Source: Candidatus Jorgensenbacteria bacterium GW2011_GWB1_50_10
GTDB taxonomy: Bacteria > Patescibacteriota > Minisyncoccia > UBA6257 > GWB1-50-10
Length of the DNA stretch: 64,000 bases
Assembly (NCBI GenBank): GCA_001004105.1
Contig: LCQK01000003.1
Span: forward strand, 46,805-110,804
Reading direction: 5' to 3'
Each line of letters starts with the position of its first letter. Position 1 is the first letter of the stretch. Positions 15,269 to 25,342 of this stretch are shown in pieces. The position numbers and the translations under genes are program-made. The notes beneath the pieces were generated by a model. It worked only from the letters and a program-made list of their open reading frames with translations. It was not told where the DNA came from and did not search any database.

Positions 15269-15379
15269 CGCACCTATAATTTTCCGCAGGACAGGATAAC
15301 CGACCACCGTCAGGGCAAAAAGGTTTCAAATATTCTGAAAGTTCTCGACGGCGATTTGGACAAACTAACCGGCCGTTAA
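15269..15379 (+). pseudogene. displaced original 3' end of prfA (36 codons plus stop, out of frame with prfA)
   Basis: Encodes [36 protein letters not shown]. It shares the 17-mer TATAATTTTCCGCAGGA with 15123-15139 and is GC-rich like the prfA core. Confidence 0.75.
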
Positions 15380-16870
15380 AATTTCTATATCCTTTTGGAA
15401 TTGCTGGGCTTTCACGACCACCGGTTCGCCGTAAGCCCAGCGGTAGTAATACCACCGGCCACCGGCGTAGTATCTTGCCGCGGCGCAGCGTTCGGCAAGG
15501 ACTTGGGCATCGGCGATGTTTCTGTTTTCGCTCACGTAATTCCGGCAAGCGCTGGAATTCAGGGCGTCTTTGAGATACAAGGAAGTCGCAACGAAAGCGT
15601 CGGCGTTTGACCAGGGATTGGAAGGAGTTTGGCCGGTGATTTTCCCAATATAATCCTTGCTTTGGTTATACTCCCAGGAACTGCCGTTTTTCTCCCAACC
15701 GCCGTAGATGGCCCAGGTTGAGGGAATGAATTGGGCCGGGCCCATGGCGCCGCCGTAGGCGCCGTCTCTGTTGGCACAGGAAACCTTCGCCACGGTTGAA
15801 TTCGGGTCAATGCCGAGCTTGGAAAGAATGGCGAGGAAAATCGGAACGTCGCGGGTGGGGTGCATGGCGCCCTGGTAGCTGCAGCGGCCGACGTTTTTCC
15901 CCAGAAGAGATTCTTGCTGAAGAATGGCGAGAAGAAAAGCGGCCCGGACCCCGGTTGCGCCTTCGGCAAGGCGGGCGTATTTATAGGCCTCTTCAAAAGT
16001 GAGTTCGCCGCCTCCCAAAAGACGGAAAATTCTGCTTCTTATTTGAGCGGCAGTGGCTTGGGTTTCTTTCAGGATTTTTTGGTATTCGGATTCTTTGCCT
16101 TTGGTTACGGTCAGAAGCTGATTTTTTTCCGCTTGGGTCGTCGCGACGCTCTTTTTTTGCGATTCCTGATAATTCTTGAGATTTTCCACGTCGGATTTTT
16201 CCGCGGCGAGCTCCTGTTTTTGCTCAAGCAATTCCACCCGAAGGGCGACAACTTCGTTTAAGGCCGTCCGGATGTTGGACTGAACCAGGGTTATGTTGTT
16301 GACGTCACCGAAGAAATCCGAAAGATTGGCATTGGCCAGCAACACCTCGATCAAGCTTTGGGCGTCGGCTTCATAGAGGTCGCGGACGCCTCTCGCAAGG
16401 GCCGTTTTATGGCCGTCAATTCTGTTTTCGGTAACGTTTATGTTCTTTTGAGTGCTCGTTATTTCGTCGTCCAATTTCTGGAGATTCAGGTTGACCGCTT
16501 TAATTTGGAGGTTCAACTGGCTGATTTTGGCGTTCAGGGATTTTATTTCGTTAGTGAGGGTTTTGCCCTGTTTTTGATATTCGGCAACCGTACTTTGATG
16601 TTCAAGGATTTGGCGCTCCAATTCGGCAAGTTCGTTTTCAAGTTTCTCCCGTTCTTCCTGGCTGGTCGCGCCGTTTTCCGTGCCCGTCATCTCGGCTGCC
16701 TGGGTCGGAGTGTTCAGTTTGGTTCCGAGAAGAAGCCCCGAAAAAGCGAGGAGAACCAAAACTCCTCCTACGAATTTGATTGATTTGGTAAGAGGGATCC
16801 GGATAGCGGTCGAATAGGAGAGATTGAGACGTCTTTTACGGCTGGCCTTAATATCGTAGATTTTGCGCAT
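15365..16870 (-). CDS. membrane-anchored coiled-coil protein with C-terminal lytic-transglycosylase-like domain
   Basis: N-terminal TM segment and a long heptad-like region ([16 protein letters not shown]...). The C-terminal part has [12 protein letters not shown] and [13 protein letters not shown], which are SLT/MltB-like motifs. Confidence 0.7.
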   Translation of the reverse strand: MRKIYDIKASRKRRLNLSYSTAIRIPLTKSIKFVGGVLVLLAFSGLLLGTKLNTPTQAAEMTGTENGATSQEEREKLENELAELERQILEHQSTVAEYQKQGKTLTNEIKSLNAKISQLNLQIKAVNLNLQKLDDEITSTQKNINVTENRIDGHKTALARGVRDLYEADAQSLIEVLLANANLSDFFGDVNNITLVQSNIRTALNEVVALRVELLEQKQELAAEKSDVENLKNYQESQKKSVATTQAEKNQLLTVTKGKESEYQKILKETQATAAQIRSRIFRLLGGGELTFEEAYKYARLAEGATGVRAAFLLAILQQESLLGKNVGRCSYQGAMHPTRDVPIFLAILSKLGIDPNSTVAKVSCANRDGAYGGAMGPAQFIPSTWAIYGGWEKNGSSWEYNQSKDYIGKITGQTPSNPWSNADAFVATSLYLKDALNSSACRNYVSENRNIADAQVLAERCAAARYYAGGRWYYYRWAYGEPVVVKAQQFQKDIEILTAG

Positions 16871-16979
16871 CTACTTAATATAATAACACTGATATATATT
16901 CTGTTTCATCCCGTTAGAGATTGCGCTCGCGCGCAAGCTCGCCCGAAAGGCCTTTGGGGCGGGCTATCTCTAAAAAGGA

Positions 16980-17669
16980 TTATTTTTTCTTCTCTTCTTC
17001 CTTGGGCGGTGTTTCTTTTTTCTCCGGCTCCGCTGCCTGCCTGCCGGTAGGCATGGCTTTCGCTTCGGTTTCGGCCGGAGCGGCCGGTGTTTCGGCTATC
17101 GGAGGCGGCGCAACAACTTCCTCCTTCACTTTTTCGGTTACGGTCGCAATCACGGTTTCCTCCGGCGCGAGAATTTTTACTTCGGAAGGCGCGCGCAGGT
17201 CGCTAACGTGGATGCTGTCGCCCATTTTCTCCAGCTTGCCCAAATCAACCTGAAAGGAGTGGGGGATTTTGTCGGGTAGGGATTTGACTTCAATTTCGTG
17301 CAGCACCCGGACGATCACCAAACCGGCTTTTTCCGCCGGAGCGGTGCCTGTGAATTCCACCGGCACTTTTGTTTCAATCGCCTCATCCATTTTAATTTGA
17401 TGGAAATTCACCGAAAGCGTTTTTCTGGTCAGGGGATGTTCCTGAACCTCGGAAATTAAGATTGGAATTTTTCCGCCCTTCTCGTTTATCAAATAAACGA
17501 CGGTGTGGCTGCCGGCTTTGCGGTAGACTTTAACGAAATCGTTTTCCGAAACGGCAAGGTGCTGGTTTAGAACGCCGCTCCCGAAAAGTTCGGCCGGAAC
17601 CAAACCCGCCCTCCGGAGGGATTTCACTTTTTTCCCCAAAATTTCCCTTGTTTTGACTGCGAGTTCCAT
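16980..17669 (-). CDS. rplY: 50S ribosomal protein L25/Ctc with low-complexity C-terminal tail
   Basis: GKKVKSLRRAGLVPAELFG N-terminus and the two-domain Ctc form. The Glu/Lys/Pro-rich tail contains a decayed palindrome copy. Confidence 0.85.
   Translation of the reverse strand: MELAVKTREILGKKVKSLRRAGLVPAELFGSGVLNQHLAVSENDFVKVYRKAGSHTVVYLINEKGGKIPILISEVQEHPLTRKTLSVNFHQIKMDEAIETKVPVEFTGTAPAEKAGLVIVRVLHEIEVKSLPDKIPHSFQVDLGKLEKMGDSIHVSDLRAPSEVKILAPEETVIATVTEKVKEEVVAPPPIAETPAAPAETEAKAMPTGRQAAEPEKKETPPKEEEKKK
17036..17055. repeat. decayed copy (18/20) of the 20-bp palindrome inside the rplY tail (MPTGRQA)
   Basis: CCTGCCTGCCGGTAGGCATG, with two substitutions relative to the consensus. Confidence 0.7.
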
Positions 17670-17675
17670 TTCTTT

Positions 17676-17900
17676 TTATTTTTTTGTTTTCTTCGTCCCA
17701 GCCTTAGCGCGTCTCGCCCGGAAGCGTTCCACCCGACCGGTTGTGTCAATCAACGTCTTCGCACCGGTGTAGAACGGGTGGCACTTGGAACAAATTTCCA
17801 CCTCGATTTTTTCCATGGTGGCGCCGACCGTAAATTTGTTGCCGCAGGCGCAAGTAACGTGGGCTTTGGGGTAGTATTGCGGGTGGATATCTTTTTTCAT
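17676..17900 (-). CDS. rpmE: 50S ribosomal protein L31
   Basis: [23 protein letters not shown]...[10 protein letters not shown]. The ORF-track start at 17984 was trimmed back to the conserved MKKDIHP start. Confidence 0.9.
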   Translation of the reverse strand: MKKDIHPQYYPKAHVTCACGNKFTVGATMEKIEVEICSKCHPFYTGAKTLIDTTGRVERFRARRAKAGTKKTKK

Positions 17901-17912
17901 AGGTTTTAGCTC

Positions 17913-17932
17913 CCTGCCTGCCGGCAGGCAGG
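17913..17932. repeat. 20-bp palindrome, copy 3 (12 nt upstream of rpmE start codon)
   Basis: Exact 20-mer. On the rpmE strand its 3' end together with the next base reads AGGGAG, 9 nt before the ATG. Confidence 0.95.
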
Positions 17933-17969
17933 TATTATTTATACATATAGTAATAGGACTGGCAAGTGC

Positions 17970-17997
17970 TTGACACCGATACAAAGTTTCCTATAAT
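17970..17997 (+). promoter_or_regulatory. consensus sigma-70 promoter for the 16S rRNA gene
   Basis: TTGACA (17970-17975), a 16-bp spacer, then TATAAT (17992-17997). This is about 170 nt upstream of the mature 16S 5' end. Confidence 0.7.
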
Positions 17998-18115
17998 GAA
18001 AGCATTATGTAGCACGGGTTTTTAAAACTTCTGTAATATGAGTTTTAAGACACCCGCGATGGGTGTTTTGTTATCCCCGATACATAACGCAAATTGAAAA
18101 CTCCACCAGTAATTG

Positions 18116-18137
18116 AAAACTTTTTTAGTTGTCCCAA
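18116..18137 (+). other. 5' arm of the pre-16S processing stem
   Basis: AAAACTTTTTTAGTTGTCCCAA is the perfect reverse complement of 19780-19801. Confidence 0.8.
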
Positions 18138-18165
18138 TTTATTTTGAATTTGGAAAGCCAAATTC

Positions 18166-19651
<1,486 letters not shown>

Positions 19652-19779
19652 TATTCTCTTCAGAGAGAGTAATAGTCGATTGCAAGATTGCTGACTGCAG
19701 GGTTCGTAATTCAGAATTCTGCAATGAGCAATTAGCAATAAAATTAGAGGTGTTAGTCGTGGAGCCTGAAGTCACGACC

Positions 19780-19801
19780 TTGGGACAACTAAAAAAGTTT
19801 T
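19780..19801 (+). other. 3' arm of the pre-16S processing stem
   Basis: TTGGGACAACTAAAAAAGTTTT pairs perfectly (22 bp) with 18116-18137. The stem encloses the 16S gene only. Confidence 0.8.
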
Positions 19802-19806
19802 TAATG

Positions 19807-19948
19807 AAAAGAAAGCGAGAATACCCTCGCTACCGTTCGCTCGCCCAGCGAGCTCGCTCACTTGCACTCTCGCCTCGCTCGTCCCGCCAAGCGGGACACC
19901 GTGCCCGCTCGGCTCAAGAGCGGCGCTCGAATATTCTCGCTTTCTTTT
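19807..19948 (+). other. 142-nt GC-rich multi-hairpin element closed by a 17-bp stem (terminator or unknown structured RNA)
   Basis: AAAAGAAAGCGAGAATA (19807-19823) pairs with TATTCTCGCTTTCTTTT (19932-19948). The interior holds three small hairpins: GCTCGC/GCGAGC, TCCCGC/GCGGGA and CCGCTC/GAGCGG. Confidence 0.5.
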
Positions 19949-19981
19949 GCGTGGGGCAGGAAGGAATAGTATAATAATGTT

Positions 19982-20359
19982 ATGCCCGACCAGAAAACCA
20001 TCCTTTTAGTTGAAGACGAACCGCTTCTTGCGAATCTTCTGAAGCAGCGCCTGGAGAAAGAGGGTTACACAATGCTTTCCGCCGGCGACGGAGAGGAAGC
20101 GCTTTCCGTTCTAAAGGCAAATCATCCGGACCTGATACTTCTTGATATCATTTTGCCAAAAATGTCCGGCTTTGAACTGATGGAAAAATTGAAGGACAAC
20201 CCGGCTTACGGCTCATCGCCCATCGTTATCATTTCCAATTTGGGGCAGGACTCAGATATAGAGAAAGGAAAGATACTCGGCGCTATCGGTTACTTTGTCA
20301 AGGCCAAGCTTTCCATTGAGGATTTAATTAAAAGAATCAAGAGTTTTCTTAACGCCTGA
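19982..20359 (+). CDS. single-domain response regulator (CheY-like receiver)
   Basis: ILLVEDEPLL...DLILLDIILPKMSGFEL...KAK receiver motifs. A TATAAT box at 19970-19975 lies 6 nt before the ATG. Confidence 0.9.
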   Translation: MPDQKTILLVEDEPLLANLLKQRLEKEGYTMLSAGDGEEALSVLKANHPDLILLDIILPKMSGFELMEKLKDNPAYGSSPIVIISNLGQDSDIEKGKILGAIGYFVKAKLSIEDLIKRIKSFLNA

Positions 20360-20440
20360 TTTATTCAAGTAAACCTAGGTTGCATACCCCCTGTGGATAA
20401 GTGCACTATCCGGGAGGGGTTAATTTGATATACTAAAAGA

Positions 20441-21038
20441 ATGAAAAAAGGTTTTACTCTTATCGAGCTTCTGGTCGTTATCGCCATTTTGGCGGTTCTT
20501 GCGACCGCAGTGGTCTTGGCTATCAACCCGGCCGAGCTCGGCCGAGCTCATTCGGCAGGCGCGGGATTCCACGAGAATCTCGGATTTGGCGGCAATAAAC
20601 AGCGCCATCGCTCTCTATTTGTCGGACATTACTTCTCCCGGCTTGGGTGGTCCGAATGGTGCTTCCTGCACTAACGCTGCCCGTTGCACTTCTGGGACAA
20701 CCGAATTTTTCTCGGCGAGCATTGGGAGCTGCGGGACAAACGCCACGACCACTGTTGACGGCAACGGCTGGGTGTCGGTTGATTTAGCGGACATCTCGAG
20801 CGGTTCGCCGCTCTCCCGTCTGCCCCTTGACCCCAATAATGGCCAAGGAAGCGGCGATTGCGCCGCCGATGGCACGACTATTTGCTTCTACGCCTTCGGC
20901 TGTAATGGCACGAACTACGAAATTAACGCGGTAATGGAGAGCACGAAATTCGCCGATGACGGCGGTGCCGCCGTTGAAGATACGGACGGCGGGGACCAAC
21001 TGGATATCTACGAAGTAGGGAACAATCTAGCCCTATAG
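20441..21038 (+). pseudogene. type IV pilin gene A, frameshifted by a 10-bp tandem duplication
   Basis: MKKGFTLIELLVVIAILAVLATAVVLAINPAEL runs in frame 1. GGCCGAGCTC is then duplicated (20530-20539 and 20540-20549), and the pilin continues in another frame (IRQARDSTRISDLAAINS...EVGNNLAL*). Removing one unit restores a pilin of about 195 aa. Confidence 0.8.
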
Positions 21039-21043
21039 CTTCA

Positions 21044-21596
21044 ATGAAAAAAGGTTTTACTCTTATCGAGCTTCTGGTCGTTATCGCCATTTTGGCGGTT
21101 CTTGCGACCGCAGTGGTCTTGGCTATCAACCCGGCGCGTTTCTGACATTGCCGCGGTTAATAGTGCGGTTATTCTTTATCTTGCTGATGTTAGAACTCCT
21201 GGCTTAGGCGGTCCTAATGATGCGGCCTGTTCTTCGGCAACGGAACGTTGCACTGCCTCAAGCACAACAGCCAGGAAAACCGGCGGCGGTTCTTGCACCA
21301 CGCATAATACATCAACTATCGTTGACGGCAACGGTTGGGTGTCGGTTGATTTTTTGAATATTTCTTCGGATTCACCGCTATCTCGACTGCCATTCGACCC
21401 GAATAATGGGTCAACTATCTGCGGAACAGGCGTTAATGCTTGCTACTACTCATTTATTTGCAACGGCACAAGTTTTGAGATAAATGGCGCGATGGAGAGT
21501 ACTAAATTTTCTAATACTGGCGGCTCTGACGTGGAGTCCGATGATGGCGGCAATCAGGCAGACCTCTACGAGGTAGGCAACAAGCTGGATATTTAA
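21044..21596 (+). pseudogene. type IV pilin gene B, frameshifted by a deletion of about 32 nt
   Basis: The first 92 nt are identical to gene A. After INPA, the region coding ELIRQARDST is missing (1 nt in place of 33), which gives a stop at 21140-21142. The rest of the pilin (RVSDIAAVNS...EVGNKLDI*) continues in another frame. Confidence 0.75.
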
Positions 21597-21605
21597 TTTA
21601 AGTTA

Positions 21606-22196
21606 ATGAACTTTGCCGGCGCTTCTTCTTTGGCGGTTTTAGTTGCCGCTTTTATTTTTCAGCTCGTTGTCTATTGGTTTAAGTCCTATAAATCTAATTG
21701 GACTCTTATTGCTTATAGGGTTAACAAGTCGCTCTTTTGGCTTGCCGCCGTTTTTGTTTTTCTTCTCTACCTCTACCTCGTCTATGCTCAATTTATTGCC
21801 TGGCGTGATGGCGGGGAACTGCTAAAACGTTTAGTGCCCCCTTACCAGAGCGTCACCTATGTTTTCGGTTATCATTTCACCCGTTTCGCGCTCTATTATT
21901 TGATTTCATTTGCCGCCTCCGTGTTGTTTTTATCGGCGGTAACTTTTTTAAATAAAAAGTTCAACGAGAAGTTCTTCGAAAAAGAAGAGCCTTATCTCGG
22001 CGCTATCGCCATTTTTCTGCTCGGCAATCCTTTATGGCGATTTGCCTGGATTTATTATTTGATAGCGTTACTTGCCGTTGCTTTTGTCGGGTCATTAGTC
22101 GTGAGTCACGTGTTAAAGAAAAGCGAGCGTTTCTCTTTATATTATTTATGGCTGCCGGTTGCTATTCTTACCTTGTTGCTGGTGAAATTTTTGTGA
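21606..22196 (+). CDS. polytopic membrane protein, unknown function
   Basis: About 6 predicted hydrophobic helices by eye. No prepilin-peptidase Asp motifs are recognisable. Confidence 0.6.
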   Translation: MNFAGASSLAVLVAAFIFQLVVYWFKSYKSNWTLIAYRVNKSLFWLAAVFVFLLYLYLVYAQFIAWRDGGELLKRLVPPYQSVTYVFGYHFTRFALYYLISFAASVLFLSAVTFLNKKFNEKFFEKEEPYLGAIAIFLLGNPLWRFAWIYYLIALLAVAFVGSLVVSHVLKKSERFSLYYLWLPVAILTLLLVKFL

Positions 22197-22367
22197 TTGG
22201 CTACCCACGCCCTAATTTTGTAAGTGTTTCCGCGGCAACCCGCTTCGCCCACCGAGGGGTGTGCCTATTCGGCACACGCAGGTTGGTGGAGATTGACTAA
22301 AATTGTGTTAGTTCAAAATTTGGAAAGGTTCTCACGGCAAAATTAGAGCGGGGTACTCAATTTTATG

Positions 22368-22395
22368 TTAAAATTTAACCAAGGTTAAATTTTAA
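22368..22395. promoter_or_regulatory. 28-bp AT-rich palindrome upstream of pilB
   Basis: TTAAAATTTAACC AA GGTTAAATTTTAA has 13-bp perfect arms and ends 10 nt before the pilB ATG. Confidence 0.5.
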
Positions 22396-22405
22396 TAAAA
22401 TTGGT

Positions 22406-24124
22406 ATGATAAACCTCCCTCCCGAAAAATTGAAAGATATTTTGGTAAAGCAGGGGCTTATTGACCCCGCTCTTTTTGATAATCTTCAAATTGAATCCCA
22501 GAGAAAAAGGCAAGACCTCGCGGATATTCTCATCTCGCAGGGCTTGGTCAATAAAGATTACCTTTATCTTCTAATCGCCCGGGCGCTTGGCGTGGAACGG
22601 GTTAATCTGGGAGTGATGAAAATAGACGAAAACATCCTTCGTTTGATTCCTGAAGACGCCGCCCGGCGCCGAAATGTGATTGTCTTCGGCCGGGAAGCCG
22701 ACGGCAGATTTCAAGTGGCGATGGATAACCCAACCGATTTAGAAACCATTGATTTTCTCCAGCTTCGTTTGGGCGGGCCCGTGAAACCGTATCTTGCGAC
22801 TGACGAAGATTTAAACCGCGGTTTTTCGCTTTACGAAAAACGCCTCACCCAGGATTTCAAGAAAATAATTGAGGAGAGTGTCAAAGAGTCGCTGCGCTCC
22901 AAAGCCAAGGGCGATTTAAAAGAAGCGGCCTCCGATTTGCCGATCGTCGCCATCGTTGACAATCTGATGGCTTACGCGCTCTCTTCCCGCGCTTCGGACA
23001 TTCACTTTGAGGTTTTAGACGATGGAGTTTTGGTTCGCTATCGGATTGACGGTGTGCTCCACGAGGTTATCAGGATGCCGAAGGAAATCCACGCTGCCAT
23101 TGTCGCCCGCATAAAGATTTTGGCAAGCCTGCGCGTTGACGAGCACTACCGCCCCCAAGACGGCCGCTTCCGCCATAAAATCGGCGACGAATTAGTGGTG
23201 GATGTCCGCGTCTCCATCATCCCAACTTTTTACGGCGAAAAGGTTGAGCTGCGGCTTCTAGCTGCCGCCCAGAAACCCCTATCGCTTTCCGAAATCGGCG
23301 CCTCCGAAGACACGGTAAAGGTTATTCGGGAAGCCATTAAAAAAAGCTACGGAATGGTTTTAATTTGCGGTCCGACTGGTTCCGGTAAAACGACCACGCT
23401 GTACTCCATTATGAACATTTTAAATAAGCCAGACGTGAACATCATTACCGTTGAAGACCCGATTGAGTACGACATGCGCTACGTAAATCAAGTGCAGGTG
23501 AATGTCCAGGCTGGCATTACTTTTGCCTCCGGCCTGCGTTCTCTTTTAAGACAGGACCCGAACATCATTATGGTCGGCGAAATCCGCGACTCGGAAACCG
23601 CCAACATCGGCGTACAGGCGGCCCTGACCGGCCACCTGATGCTTTCTAGTTTGCACACCAATGATGCCCCGACCGCCGTGCCGCGGCTTATGGATATGGG
23701 TATCCCACCGTTTCTCGTGGCCGCAGTTTTGAATGCCGTGAGCTCCCAACGCTTGGCCCGCCGGATTCATTTGGAGTGCATTGAATCATACGCGCCCGAG
23801 GCAAGCGTTCGTGCATCCATCAGCAAAACTCTAGAGGAAATCGGCGCCGACCAGAGCCAAGTCAGAATCCCCAAGATATTTTATCGGGGCCGGGGCTGCG
23901 CCGCCTGTAATCATTCCGGTTATTACGGCCGCATAGGTCTCTTTGAAACTTTAGACGTCACCGAAAACGTGAGGAAAATCATTATTGACAGGAATTTTAG
24001 TTTGGACAATTTGCGGAAGGTCGGTCGCGAAGAGGGGATGACGACGATTTTTGAAGACGGTTTGCGGAAGGTGGAGCGCGGCTTAACAACCATCGAAGAA
24101 TTATTTAGAGTTATAAGAGAGTAA
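22406..24124 (+). CDS. pilB: type IV pilus assembly ATPase (GspE/PilB family)
   Basis: Walker A GPTGSGKTTT, an Asp box, Walker B IIMVGEIRD, a His box, and a tetracysteine CxxC...CxxC region. Confidence 0.92.
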   Translation: MINLPPEKLKDILVKQGLIDPALFDNLQIESQRKRQDLADILISQGLVNKDYLYLLIARALGVERVNLGVMKIDENILRLIPEDAARRRNVIVFGREADGRFQVAMDNPTDLETIDFLQLRLGGPVKPYLATDEDLNRGFSLYEKRLTQDFKKIIEESVKESLRSKAKGDLKEAASDLPIVAIVDNLMAYALSSRASDIHFEVLDDGVLVRYRIDGVLHEVIRMPKEIHAAIVARIKILASLRVDEHYRPQDGRFRHKIGDELVVDVRVSIIPTFYGEKVELRLLAAAQKPLSLSEIGASEDTVKVIREAIKKSYGMVLICGPTGSGKTTTLYSIMNILNKPDVNIITVEDPIEYDMRYVNQVQVNVQAGITFASGLRSLLRQDPNIIMVGEIRDSETANIGVQAALTGHLMLSSLHTNDAPTAVPRLMDMGIPPFLVAAVLNAVSSQRLARRIHLECIESYAPEASVRASISKTLEEIGADQSQVRIPKIFYRGRGCAACNHSGYYGRIGLFETLDVTENVRKIIIDRNFSLDNLRKVGREEGMTTIFEDGLRKVERGLTTIEELFRVIRE

Positions 24125-24130
24125 AATTTT

Positions 24131-25342
24131 ATGCAATATCATTACATCGCATCGCAGCCGGACGGCAAGGTGTCTGAAGGTGACGTTGACGCCAAGGACG
24201 TTGCCGAAGTCCTGACGTATCTTACCTCGCATGGGCTTCGGCCGGTTTCCGTAAAGCCGATTGCGCAAATTTCCAAAAAGAAAAGGTTGGGTCTTTTTGG
24301 CGGGACCATTAATCTAACCGACCAGATATTCCTCTCAAAATATCTGGCGCTGATGCTCAAAATCGGCACAAGCTTATTGCAAGCTATTAATATCTTGGTT
24401 GAAGATTTTCAGAAATCGTCCGTGCGGGCTTTTTTAGTGGAAATCCGCTCCAACCTTGAAAAGGGCCGACCCTTTCATACAACCTTCGCCAAATATCCGA
24501 AAATCTTCAGCCAGGTCTACATTAATCTGGTGAAAGCCGGCGAGGCCTCCGGCAACCTGGAAAATGTTTTTGAAAACCTGACGGCATCTCTCTCTAAAGA
24601 AAAAATGCTCAAAGACCAGATGCGGAGCGCGCTCGTTTACCCGATTTTGCTTCTTGTTACTTCCGCACTGATTTTGGTGTTTCTCGTCACCTTTGCCCTG
24701 CCGAAAATAGCCGGCGTTTTTTTGGAATCGGGTTTTGAGCCGCCTCTTTTTTCAAGAGTTGTTTTTAGTATCGGCCTTTTCTTCGGCAAGTTCGGGATTC
24801 TTGTGATAGCTGCCGTCTTCGGCGGTGCGATTGCGCTTGTTGCGGCCTACCGTTCCTTGCTTTTGTTCAAAAAATTCGTCACCTCCGTCATAAGTGAAAT
24901 CCCCGTCATTAAAGACATTATCAGAAAAATTGCCCTCCAGCGTTTTGCCGCTACCCTTGCATCGCTCATTAAAGCCGGCGTGCCATTAACCAATGCTCTT
25001 GAAATTACTGCTGATGCCGCTGGCAACATTGAGTTGAAACAGGCGCTTTTGCGGATTTCTCGGGAAGGATTAATGAAAGGGCTTACCGTGGGCGATGCCT
25101 TTAAAAGGGAACCATTTTTCCCGCGAACCGTCGTTAATTTAGTCGCTATTTCCGAAAAAGCCGGTCATATTGAAGAGGTTTTGGAAACGCTTGCTGATTT
25201 CTACACTTCGGAAATTGATAGTTCCTTAAAGACGCTTGTTTCATTCCTCGAGCCCGCTCTTCTTCTTGTTATCGGTTTTATAATTGGCTTGATTGCCCTT
25301 GCTATAATAGTGCCTATTTACCAGCTTACCACCCAATTCTAA
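24131..25342 (+). CDS. pilC: type IV pilus platform protein (GspF/PilC family)
   Basis: Two T2SSF repeats with a three-TM-block topology, located directly after pilB. Confidence 0.9.
   Translation: MQYHYIASQPDGKVSEGDVDAKDVAEVLTYLTSHGLRPVSVKPIAQISKKKRLGLFGGTINLTDQIFLSKYLALMLKIGTSLLQAINILVEDFQKSSVRAFLVEIRSNLEKGRPFHTTFAKYPKIFSQVYINLVKAGEASGNLENVFENLTASLSKEKMLKDQMRSALVYPILLLVTSALILVFLVTFALPKIAGVFLESGFEPPLFSRVVFSIGLFFGKFGILVIAAVFGGAIALVAAYRSLLLFKKFVTSVISEIPVIKDIIRKIALQRFAATLASLIKAGVPLTNALEITADAAGNIELKQALLRISREGLMKGLTVGDAFKREPFFPRTVVNLVAISEKAGHIEEVLETLADFYTSEIDSSLKTLVSFLEPALLLVIGFIIGLIALAIIVPIYQLTTQF

Noticed and set aside
19698-19715. T-loop-like string GGGTTCGTAATTC downstream of 16S, considered as a spacer tRNA
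   Set aside because: I could not build an acceptor stem, D-arm or anticodon arm around it. The flanking bases do not pair as a 5-bp T-stem.
20499-21596. Treating ORFs 20499..21038 and 21102..21596 as independent genes (both start MRPQWSWLSTR)
   Set aside because: Their supposed N-termini are out-of-frame readings of the pilin hydrophobic helix using a TTG start. They are the downstream parts of the frameshifted pilin genes.
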